Of a DNA stretch of 64,000 nt, positions 53,564 through 64,000 are shown piece after piece. A program made the translations under genes and the position numbers. A model generated the notes under the pieces. That model did no database searches. It was not told the DNA's origin and was given only the letters and a program-made list of their open reading frames with translations. Location of the stretch: assembly GCA_037379345.1 (NCBI GenBank), contig CM074515.1, positions 5,642,001 to 5,706,000 on the forward strand. Direction: 5' to 3'. Position 1 is the stretch's first letter. Every line of letters begins with the position of its first letter. Source of the stretch: Perna viridis. Taxonomy: Eukaryota.

Positions 53564-56500
53564 CTGAAAGAGTTAAAAAAACAAATTTACAATATATTTC
53601 ATTATTGTGTCAGCCAACAGCATGTATCAATGCCACCAACTACCTTTGACAAATAAAGATCACTAAATTAAAAAAAACAAAAACAAAAAAAAACACACAC
53701 ACACCTGAATTCTAAATCACTATGGACCAATAAAAAATCATACTGACAATTAAACTTTGCATACATGTACACTGAAAGTTAATTCCAACTTATAACTTTA
53801 TAAAAAAAATCAATTTATTAAACTTTTTAATCTCACAATAATAAAAAGAAATCTGATAATAAACCAGAACTCGTAATTTTTAATCACTTTAAAACATTGT
53901 CTTCATATTGTGGATTTCTTAATCTGAACCTAAAAAACAGACATTATATAAATAAACATTAACTATAACAGGGAGTTATTTTATGGTATACTGGTTCAAC
54001 TCAAATTTATACACTCAATTTCAAGATCGATAACAAATGCACATCATACATTATATGCGACAAATATTACATGTACAAAGAAAGTTTTATACATCTGTAA
54101 TAGGAATAGTGTTAATTCTGTAGAAAAAGTACTAAATAGAAATCAACATTACTAGTATAAAGTGCACAATTAGTGATATAAGTCATCTAAAAATAGAAAA
54201 TAAATTAATTAATCATACAAGTGACCAATACAACTATGTTTTGTATTCTGGAAAGAAAATGAAGATGAGATTCACCTAGATTTGTCTTCATAGATGTTTA
54301 CATTGGAGGAATTGCAATCAAAACATTTACCATGATTAAGAACTGGTGATATACTAAAACGGTGATTTATTTCTAAAAAAAAATGTAAAAACTGTCCATA
54401 TATTTTATAATGTCAATTTAAACAATGTACTCCTGACATGCTCTTATATTGTGATATAAAGAGTAATAACAAAATTATCAAACTGATAAAAATCTAGGCA
54501 GTGTCAAAAGGAAAGTCTGTATAACAAATGGCAATATCAAGGTAAAATTTATCAAATTTCTGTGGCAACATTAATTTATCAAAGATCATATCTCACAGGT
54601 GTTTTCTTAAATTTGTATACTTTATTGTCAAGACATCCACCAAAAAGAAAAACAAATATTATACTTGACTTGACCAAACTATTTGTTTTAAAAATTCAGA
54701 TGAAGAGAAAATCATTGATTGAAAAATTCTTAAAATTCTAGAGATATCTTGTAAGTAAATAATGGTGGTGATGATGAAGACAATATATGTTATATACTGT
54801 GAAAGTACTATTGTTGGATTTCGTGGGTTAGATAAATCAAGGAATTTGATTCCCAACGAAAAGGATTACTTTACATTATATGACAGGATCATCAAAACCA
54901 TGAATTCAAGAATCCAAGAACTAGTGCTTTTTCTCTAAACCTCAATAAAAAAATGACACCCACAATTATAAATATTTTCACAGTAACTAGTTTACAGATC
55001 TTATATTTGCCTGTTAGTAACCAGAAAATATGAACTTCAGTCAAACCAAATGGAATTTAATTGTAATTTTATAAAACTGCCCTATAATATAATGCATCAT
55101 TAGTTTTCTGGTGCTGCTTCAAAACCTAAGGCGATAATGTGTAGGGAAAAGATAAAGAAGACAATGTACAGGTAATACACAATTGACAGTAGATAGAGGT
55201 ATATATTTTATCTTAAGTCTAAAATGGACGCTTTAGTAAAAGAAAAAAAAAATATTTAGACCAGCTATGGGGAGAATGAATGGGATTACAACAGATTATT
55301 CAGACATGCAGGAAAAGAGAATTTGGTCAAACCTGTGTTTTAATTTCTTTACGAGCTTGGAAACCTTTAAAGCCTGCCTGTATTTTCAAGGCAGCTTTTT
55401 CTACATCTGGATCATTTAGATCAATGTCTATTTCTTCTTCCTCTGTTTGTTTTTCTTCTACTTTTTCCTCTACAGTTTCTTTAGACTAATAGGGTGCAAA
55501 CACAAAGCTGGTTAATAAAAGTGTAAATGCTAGCGAATATAATAAGCTATAGTGAGTATTAGCAGGTATTGCATTGTGTCAGTAGAAAACGTACACATTA
55601 TGTAGCATTATAAAATTTGGGGCTTAAGAAAAACAATGTAAAACAATCAAAATTATTTTTTGTTATTCCATGTTCTTCTCCTGATATATACTGAGTACTT
55701 ATCATAAATGATCTAGTAATGTTTAAACATCAACCAGCTATTAGTGTGACAGAGAAAAAATACATCAAAAATAATTGCAATCTGCTCGAGAAAATTAACT
55801 TACTAAAAAACACATTCAATAAAAACAAAAAAAAATTATGGTCATAGAAAATCGTATACACATTTGTACTGTCAAAATAACTTTCTACCTAATCTTCAGT
55901 GTAACTTTGGTGTAAGAAGAGAGTTTCATGAAATCTATACAAAGAAATGATTAATTGTATGACAACAGGTTGTATAGGCATGCAGTAAAGAAGAAATTTT
56001 GGTCAAACCTGTGTTTTAATTTCTTTACGAGCTTGGAAACCTTTAAAGCCTGCCTGTATTTTCAAGGCAGCTTTTTCTACATCTGGATCATTTAGATCAA
56101 TGTCTATTTCTTCTTCCTCTGTTTGTTTTTCTTCTACTTTTTCCTCTACAGTTTCTTTAGACTAATAGGGTGCAAACATAAAAATGCTAATTTAATATAG
56201 TGTTAAAGGTTGTGTATCATTATAGGAACTGTACTGTAACTTTGATAAGCTAGTGCAACTCTGTATCATCAATCTAAATGAGAATGTTATGCAGTTTCAT
56301 GATAAATGAATCTACCAGTATGTATTTCATGATTCTTGTAATGTAATGCTAGAAATGAGCATGTAGGTACGTGTTAAACACAAATTTATGAAAAAAAAAT
56401 GTCCAGTTTATAATTTCTGTACACTATTGAAATGCAGGGTTAGAAGCTTATTGTTAAGGTACAATGTACATTTAACTTCATCCTGACTCATCGTCTTCAT

Positions 56501-59500
56501 CTTCAGCCATAACTAAGTCTAATCTATCCTACAAAGCATGAATAAGGATCAAACCTTAGATTGGATTTCTTTCCTAGCCTGGAAGCCCTTAAAGCCAGCT
56601 TGTATTTTAATAGCTGCTTTTTCTACATCTGGATCATTTAAATCTATATCTATTTCTTCCTCCTCTTGTTTTGTTGTTTCTGATGTATCTTGCTAGATGA
56701 GTGCAAACAACAAACAGTTAGCCAAATCAGTGATCAATAAGCATAAAGAGTGATGGATTTCAAAGACCAGGTTTTGTCTGTTATTGACATAGCACTGTGC
56801 CTGTTTTGCATTTACATAAAATGGTAAGTAAAAATTTTCAAATCTTCCCTCTATTAAGTGATATCATGCCATTAAAACTTTAAAATCCATCCAACTTAGC
56901 ACAACACAGCAAACAACTCTAGCATTAATACATAATCTAGCTTTGTGTACAAAAGGCAGTCTGAGATATACATTCTATAGATAGTACATTCTTCACATTG
57001 CCTTTCCTATTTTAACTATTCTAGCAGCTGATTAACATAACAGTACTGCTACTGAAGTGAATAAAGTGTTGGGTGTTTTATATTGTTAACTGCATTGATG
57101 ATATTGATTTGTAGCTGATCATTGGTTAAAAAACAAAAAATAAAAGGAAAGACACCACAGTCCGCATGGGTTTTAACACAACTGCAATTTCATGTCATTT
57201 CTGGTACAAGGGTATAAATTTTTCTTATACCAACCTGAACCTCTGTTTTTGATTGCATTTCTTTTCGTGTTTTGTGACCTCTGAACCCTGCCTGGATTTT
57301 CGTTGCTGCTTTTTCAACCTCAGGGTCATTGAGGTCAATATCTATTTCTTCTTCTTCTTGTTTAGATTGATCAACTTTTGTTTGTGACTGTCAAGTGCAA
57401 AATGTTTGAAGGTTAAAATCTAGTGACAGAATTAATAAATTCATCATGACTTAAGTTATGATTACTAAAACACTTCAATACAGTTACAGGTATGCAGACA
57501 AGTAAGGTACTAAATTGTCCTTCTACAAATTTTAACATTGCTAAATGTTAACTTATACTGTGAAGAACATTTCATTTATTGGTATTGACTTTAATAGCAT
57601 GTCAGGTTGTCTCCATAACCTGAATCTTGATTTAATGGGTTTCATTAGCGGATCACGTGTCATTTTCCTAAGAATAAATACCAGGAATGGTTGTTTTCTG
57701 CAAAAAAAGATCTTGACACAAAAAAATTATATGTACCTTATTTGGATACCATGTAATTAATTTAAGACATGTCACTCAAAAACTGAAAGCATTTTCAGAC
57801 AGCAGCTCATGGGCAAGAAACCTAGTTTCAGTCATATCATAAATTGAATTTGATTTTTTTATGCATGGGAAAAAACATGCAGCAGTTAGTTTGACAAAAG
57901 TCCATCTAATCAACAGTGTTAAAACCATAATAAAAAAAGAACACTATTCTCATGCTCAATAAAAAAAGTTTCAGAACTATGTACTTTTTCTAGATTTTAG
58001 GCCAAGTTTTCTCAAGTAAAGGTGTCTTCAAACTGAACTTGTATACACTTCTTGTCCATGAGATGTCAGCTCACACAGCTAATACTTTATAACACACACA
58101 CAGCATATCAAGCAGAACTGCAAAACATTTCTTTCTTTGAACACATTATCATCACATCAATGTCAACCATTGAAGTGAATTCCAGATATGTTCACAATAT
58201 AATGATACAGAGAGTAATTCAAAGGTAATTTCGCTGGGTAGAAACTGAAGATTTGGAAATTCAGTTCATGTTTCAAAATTTATACTGATACTTTTACGGT
58301 CAGGGGAAGCAATTGAGAATACAAATTATATACATTCTTTTGTCCAGGTTCAGGGAACACTTATGGACTGGGTAGAAATGAAGAATAGGTTTAAATGTTT
58401 TCAACTAGAAAGGTCAAGGTTTAGATTATAGGAGGAAAAATTCTTGTACCTCTGGTTTAGATTGCATTTCTTTTCGTGTTTTATGACCTCTGAACCCTGC
58501 TTGAATCTTTGTGGCTGCTTTTTCAACTTCTGGATCAGTTAAATCAATATCAATGTCCTCCTCTTTCTCTTTACTATCATCAGTTTTTTCCTGAAAAGTT
58601 ATCACACATGTTAGGAACACACACACAGCAAAAATTACACAACAGCTAATGTTAAATCACAGAGCAAACATTAGTGTCAAAGACAGCTGATTCTTCTCTT
58701 ATTTTACATTTGAAGACATGTACTGTATATGAAGATGATATGGTAAAAGTTAATAATGACAGTAAGAACTTAACAATATGAGTGAGGACCACTAAGAAAT
58801 ACTTGTTAAACAAAGTGTATATACAATACAAATTATGGGAAAAAAACTGAAAGAGAAAGCTGAATATGAATTAAAACTAACATCAACATAAATACATGTA
58901 ATAAAAACAATGCATGCAAATAAAAAAAAAAGCACAAAAAATAGAATTCTAAACTACATGAATAAATATTTCATTTCTACATATACTGTATTGGTTACCA
59001 TGGTGGAAATTAAGCTATCACTAAATATACCAAAGTGTCTACAATTTACAGAATAGTTCTGTTTATTGTTGTAAATCATTTATAAGATATAATGTTGCCT
59101 AAATGTTATACATGAACTACAAAATTGCACAGTTAACCTGGTATTTATTATGTTGTTGTCGCACACGATGACCTCTGAACCCAGCCTGTATTTTTGTCGC
59201 AGCAATATCGACATCAGTTTTTTTCAATTCTCTGACCTCTTTTACCTTGGTGTTTTCCTTTGCAAGAGGGAAGGTAATATGTTTCAAGTTAAAAAATTAA
59301 CTAGGCAATACATAAAAAACAGCTATGCTAAACCTATAATATGCCCCCTTATTTGGAGTGTTAGTCTCGTAACTTTGACAGGATAGAAAAACTTGTATAG
59401 CAAAGAAAAGAATTTTCTTTCTTGGAGACATATATTATACAAAAGGTCAATAAAATCCCTTCAAGTATATTTAAGCTATTGTATGAGGAGTAGACAGACT

Positions 59501-62500
59501 GATGGACAGATGTATAGGTCTGTTAAAACATTATGATTACACACAACTTTTAGAATTCAGAAGTAAAGTGACACTATGTCTTGGCTATATGATACACAAA
59601 CTATTAAAGTAGCAATGTTTAGAATACAAAATTAAACGTTTGTCTATGAAACTTAAAACAAACAATAAATATTATATGATGAATCCAACAAATTAGAACG
59701 AGGTTCTAAACATGATGTTATAGTATATGATTGTCTTTGTGATATTTTTGGTGATGAAGGCTGTAAAGAACTGTATTATTATATAGAAAGCAGTATCTTA
59801 TCCAATGTTCTAAGTGCAATAAATTTCAGTAATTCACACTAGGAAACAGATTTGCTAATTTCACTCTCGGACTTTCTCCAGCCAAAACGTCACAACTTTG
59901 ATATCAATCCGCCAATCACAAAATTCATGTTGAAAATATCAATAAATTATGAAGAAAATCTATATAATAAATAGGATAATCAATGAGTTACAGTCAAAAA
60001 CCAAAATATGATCACTCATGCCAAGAATGGTTGAAGATTTAACTCATGTACAGAATAAGTTCTGCTCACTAGTTAAATCTAGGTGTCCTTTGGCACTTGT
60101 GATTATATTTATGTTATTCATTCTTTCCTATTACCGTAATATTATTAACTTAAGTCATGAGATATGTTCTTTATTTATAATACTGTCATTTTCATTTGTA
60201 CAATCAACAATAATATCATGTTTTGAGATTCTTCCTCACAATTTTTTTAACTGTTTATTTCTTTTTCTTTGACATGAAGCTTTTAAAGCCGGCTTGTATT
60301 TTTTCAGTGGCTTTTTGAACATCTGGATCATCTAAATCAATATCAACTTCCTCCTCCTCCTCAGCAGGTACTGTAGAGGCTGTGGCCTGAGTACTGTGGT
60401 CTATATTTGTAGCTGAATCCTGGGTTAGGACATGATTCTATGATTTATACAGTACCTTACTTTACATTCGATTGAAACATTGTTATTGAAGTCAAGACAC
60501 AATAAGAAAACTGAATTTTTTAAGTCAAAAGACATCATTTTGCAAAATGGAAAGTGTTCTGGGTTTATCATAGACAACCAACACCGTCATAGGAATACCA
60601 AGCAAACAAATAAAATATCCCCAAATCAACTTAAAATATAAATAATTGTTACACACAACAGGACATTCCCCAAGCTCCATTGTCACAGAAGCATTTTAAA
60701 TCAGTTTCTATGGCTCCATTAATTTTTAAATTTTATTATAGTAAATGGGAAGCCCTTATGGTGACCTACTTTTAAACAAAGTAAGAACCTTCTACAATTT
60801 TTTGTGTTTTTTGACAAATTTTTTAAGTTTGGACAGCAGCCATTTTGTGAAATTTCAAAACCTTTGTGCACATCTACATATGGTGGTCTATTTTTGTGCT
60901 ACATATGGTTTTAATCCATTTAGCCGTTTTTGAGGAGCTGCACAAACAAGATGGAGGTTAGAAGAAAGAAGGATTTTAAAACAGAATTAAAAACAATGTT
61001 CCCCAACTTTGTGGAAACATGATTAAATGCTTCCAAGACTTCCTGAAATACCTTAAAAACATGCTCTAAGTGTTTAAATACAGAAAATAAGAATGACCTC
61101 CAATCCACAATGAGAGGACTTCAAACAGGTCAATATTTTGAATTACCTTCACAAACTGACAAGTATTGACAAACTGAAATAACAAACTCAGTATTACAAG
61201 CTTTGTCGAGCTGCTTTGGATTTCACCAAAAAAAAAACAACAGAAAACAAAAAAAAAAAAAAAAAAAAGAAAAAACACACAACAATTCTCATTTGCTTTA
61301 ACAGATGAAAAGTAAGTGCCATTCAATCACACGCCCACATCAAACTACACAACTATCCCCTTACCTGTTTTGTTTTTATTTCTTTCCTAGCTTTGAAACC
61401 TTTAAATCCTGCCTGTATTTTGACAGCAGCATTCTCCACATCAGGGTCTGTTAAGTCAATGTCTACTTCCTCTTCTCCATGTGATTTCTGAGTATCTTCT
61501 TTTTCAACACTGCAAAAGAGTACATCAACTTCCATAACAGATAGCAGAATTAATCAACAATGACAACTTAAGAAGATTGCTTCAGCATCAATCATTGGGG
61601 TTTCAGCATGGGAAAACTAAAAATAGGTTTTGGTAAATAACATTTTTTCAACGAAGATTATTTCCTGATAAAACAAATCTAATAAACAAAAGACAATTTT
61701 GTCATTTTAGTTCCGTCACATAGGTGGTTCAATAAGATTACAGTATAAAGTTTCTTCTTAAGGCATTTATTGTCCATAAAAACATTAACTTCTGTTTTAT
61801 GTAACTATTCCACAGAAAAAATAGGAATGAGCTCTTCAGATTTGGAACCTAATCCCAAGTTAAATGTAGGCTTTCACAGAATTATTTTCAACGGTTTTCT
61901 TAAGTAACCAAGAGATATTTTTATATAAACAGCCTTTCCCATCAATGATTTTTTTTAATAACAATTACATCATCTGTTTGACTTTTTCTCGATCTTGATG
62001 ACCACGGAAACTTGACTGTATTGTCAAGGCAGCATCTTCCTCTTTCATTGACTCCACCTCGTTAGCAGCAGCATGGCGTCTGTACTCTGTCTGAATTTTA
62101 AGGGCAGCATCTTGTTGTTGTGGATCTCCTGAATCCACCACAGGACTCTGAAATTGTATAATTACAATAAAATTAGATCTAGAAAAAGAAAAATAGGTCA
62201 TGAGTTATAAGGAAGACATGATGTAGCAGCTTAGTATTTGGAGTGTTTAAACACAACATATTTTCATACAAAAAAGTGTTATCACATTAAGTTTAAAAGG
62301 AAGTCCACTGAGACTGAATTATGTTGTTTTTGCAAGGTGTCTATCATTTCATCTTCTAAAACACTTAAAATAAATAAACCAATAACAATCGTAATTATTG
62401 AATTTACAAGCATAACAACAATGACTAACTCACAGGATTACAGGGTCTTACCAATAAATCAGTACTTAATAGGAATCTAAACCTATTAGAATGATGTTTC

Positions 62501-62624
62501 AGTATTGTACTGATATCCCCTAGAGAGATATTTGTGTTAATTGATTTCTCTACCTTAAACGAGTCATTGTTATAGAACCTGTCTTCTAATCTAGCACCAT
62601 GTACAGCTGGGTCGTGTCCAGTTT
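53081..62624 (-). CDS. SPA17: Sperm surface protein Sp17 homologue with expanded multi-IQ C-terminus (multi-exon, 5'-incomplete; ~577 aa within the window if all cassette exons are used)
   Basis: Exons with GT-AG boundaries and compatible phases: 62554-62624, 61969-62147, 61365-61509, 59138-59257, 58450-58590, 57235-57387, 56555-56692, 56009-56161, 55333-55485, 53081-53563. The first exon, TGHDPAVHGARLEDRFYNNDSFK, matches vertebrate Sp17 TNFDPAEWGSKVEDRFYNNHAF. The exon for the N-terminal RIIa docking domain was not found and presumably lies beyond 64000. Confidence 0.88.
55333..55485 (-). CDS. SPA17: SPA17 cassette acidic-IQ exon, 153 bp, phase 0-0 (duplicate B, identical to A)
   Basis: Nucleotide-identical to 56009-56161. 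Confidence 0.85.
56009..56161 (-). CDS. SPA17: SPA17 cassette acidic-IQ exon, 153 bp, phase 0-0 (duplicate A)
   Basis: SKETVEEKVEEKQTEEEEIDIDLNDPDVEKAALKIQAGFKGFQARKEIKTQ; attag acceptor, gtttga donor. Confidence 0.85.
56555..56692 (-). CDS. SPA17: SPA17 cassette acidic-IQ exon, 138 bp, phase 0-0
   Basis: QDTSETTKQEEEEIDIDLNDPDVEKAAIKIQAGFKGFQARKEIQSK; tctag acceptor, gtttga donor. Confidence 0.85.
57235..57387 (-). CDS. SPA17: SPA17 cassette acidic-IQ exon, 153 bp (or 147 bp with donor at 57241), phase 0-0
   Basis: SQTKVDQSKQEEEEIDIDLNDPEVEKAATKIQAGFRGHKTRKEMQSKTEVQ; gacag acceptor, gttggt donor. Confidence 0.85.
58450..58590 (-). CDS. SPA17: SPA17 cassette acidic-IQ exon, 141 bp, phase 0-0
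   Basis: EKTDDSKEKEEDIDIDLTDPEVEKAATKIQAGFRGHKTRKEMQSKPE; ttttcag acceptor, gtacaa donor. Confidence 0.88.
59138..59257 (-). CDS. SPA17: SPA17 cassette exon, divergent IQ without acidic leader, 120 bp, phase 0-0
   Basis: ENTKVKEVRELKKTDVDIAATKIQAGFRGHRVRQQHNKYQ; aag acceptor, CAG|gttaac donor. Confidence 0.7.
60255..60419 (-). CDS. SPA17: Alternative terminal acidic-IQ exon of SPA17 (54 aa + stop)
   Basis: cccag|DSATNIDHSTQATASTVPAEEEEEVDIDLDDPDVQKATEKIQAGFKSFMSKKKK*; phase 0; AATAAA on the minus strand at 60170-60175. Confidence 0.7.
   Translation of the reverse strand, partial: DSATNIDHSTQATASTVPAEEEEEVDIDLDDPDVQKATEKIQAGFKSFMSKKKK
61365..61509 (-). CDS. SPA17: SPA17 acidic-IQ exon, 145 bp, phase 2-0
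   Basis: ttttgcag acceptor, CAG|gtaagg donor; EEEVDIDLTDPDVENAAVKIQAGFKGFKARKE. Confidence 0.9.
61969..62147 (-). CDS. SPA17: SPA17 exon with two IQ motifs (IQTEYRRH, IQSSFRGH), 179 bp, phase 0-2
   Basis: tttcag acceptor, AT|gtaatt donor; lies within ORF 61965..62201. Confidence 0.88.
62554..62624 (-). CDS. SPA17: SPA17 exon, Sp17 signature (xTGHDPAVHGARLEDRFYNNDSFK), 71 bp, phase 1-0
   Basis: ttttgtag acceptor, AAG|gtagag donor, EDRFYNN signature. Not in the ORF track. Confidence 0.88.
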
Positions 62625-64000
62625 CTACAAAAAGGAAATCTAGTTAAACAGGCATAATAAATCACTACAAATAAATGTTACACATCATGTAAAGTATCAA
62701 AAGTTTAAAAAAAAAAAAAACATCTACTGTATATTTAAAAATTTTCATGGTTGTTAATTTTTGCAGATTCTGTTAAGTGCACAAATAATAATTTTGGCAA
62801 TTTAAAAAGAAATTATTGTTAGTCTAAAATAGTGTTCAAAATCAATTTCTTTGGTATCATTATCCACACTTTTCAGTCCACAGCAAAAATTTATACATCT
62901 ACAGTATTTAAGAAGTAGTCTTTGTAAGAATCATGCAAAATCTGAAAAAGGCTACATATTTTACTTATTTTTGTAATTAAATTGTTTTATAGGTCTATAT
63001 TATGAAATGTGTAATTATTCATTCCAATATGTCTGTTCTTAGAAGATAATCAACACTGAAAATCCAATAGATTCTATTGTATTTGAGTGTCATTTACAGA
63101 GTTATCTCCCTTATTTTTGAATTCTTCAGTATATTCTATTTAATTTTTAACTTCTAAGTACATGGGTTATATGAAAAACCAAATGTTAATTTCTGTTTAC
63201 TATGGCAATTCAAACATAATATAAAAAATAAAAATATGTAAGCTTTTCACCCATGAATCACATTTTGAATGATCTTAGCTGGAGTGCTACTTATACACAT
63301 TTTTGTAACAATTTATCAGTTAAACAAAACTTCCTGCAAAAGAAATCAAGCACTTCTTATTTGACTGTTCTGGTAAATCCTAGGACAATGTATTTTGAAT
63401 TACAAGTATTGACTGAGCTTTGTTTCTATTGTGCCATGGCAATAAAAGGCCAAATAATATTAGTGAACCTAATTCTTCTTTATTCTATCTATTAAACTGT
63501 ATTAAGTTAGCATCGATAAGAAACTCCTTCCAGATACTAACAGCTTTCCATAAAAGTCAAATTTATTATTTCCAAATAGATAAGTAATTACAAGCCGTCT
63601 AAGTAAATTTCCAATACTACATGGCCATAGGCATTAACTACATAGGATAGAGCTTACAGCTAGTCTCTGATCATGCAATGCCCTTATATGTTATATCAAA
63701 CGAAATAAAAAAAATCTTACAATTGTGAATCAATACAATCAGTGTGTAAGTATACAATCCAATGATTAACAAGCTTCTGACTAAACAATATCTATTTAAC
63801 ATGGCAGCCCTGTAGGCTGATTACTGAATTATACTGAAGAGTTTTATATCATTTTGAGACAAGAGTGGAAACAATGTCACATATGCAAAGCTCAGAAACT
63901 TTCTGTTATCTTAACCATGATGTATGTCTTTCAAAATTCAATGCAGTTTTGCATATAGTTTTATTCTTAAAATGATTTGCATTTGATGGAGCTCAACCTC

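Noticed and set aside
59138-60419. Exons at 59138-59257 and 60255-60419 as pseudo-exons
   Set aside because: Manual translation shows intact frames and usable splice sites.
53081-62201. Calling the IQ gene neuromodulin/GAP-43, ASPM or myosin
   Set aside because: The upstream EDRFYNN exon identifies Sp17, and no CH, motor or GAP-43 N-terminal sequence is seen.
216-63495. Remaining 60-130 aa ORFs in the track
   Set aside because: They have the F/I/L/Y-rich composition expected from random AT-rich DNA, often use non-ATG starts, or are antisense shadows of real exons or repeats.

Overview
AT-rich eukaryotic (animal) genomic DNA with spliceosomal introns. The repeat families look like those of bivalve molluscs such as Mytilus (inference, not tested). 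Three protein-coding genes are supported. (1) An intronless large-Maf bZIP transcription factor (12158-13084, +) with a TATA promoter, a uORF and probably a long 3' UTR. (2) An orphan 379-aa basic, low-complexity single-coding-exon ORF (43140-44279, +). (3) On the minus strand (53081-62624, 5' end outside the window), a sperm protein 17 (SPA17/Sp17) homologue whose single IQ motif has been expanded into an array of 12-13 IQ motifs, most of them PEP-19/neurogranin-like acidic-IQ modules. These lie mostly one per symmetric phase-0 exon, with an alternative terminal exon and two 100%-identical duplicated exons. The rest is repeat-rich: a decayed intron-containing hAT transposase carrying two minimal hammerhead-ribozyme motifs in its intron, a third hammerhead-like motif, RTE and RTEX-like LINE fragments, a Penelope RT fragment, Helentron-like elements, three MITEs with intact target-site duplications, and a cluster of G/T-skewed minisatellites (39, 65, 70, 33 and 37 bp units).
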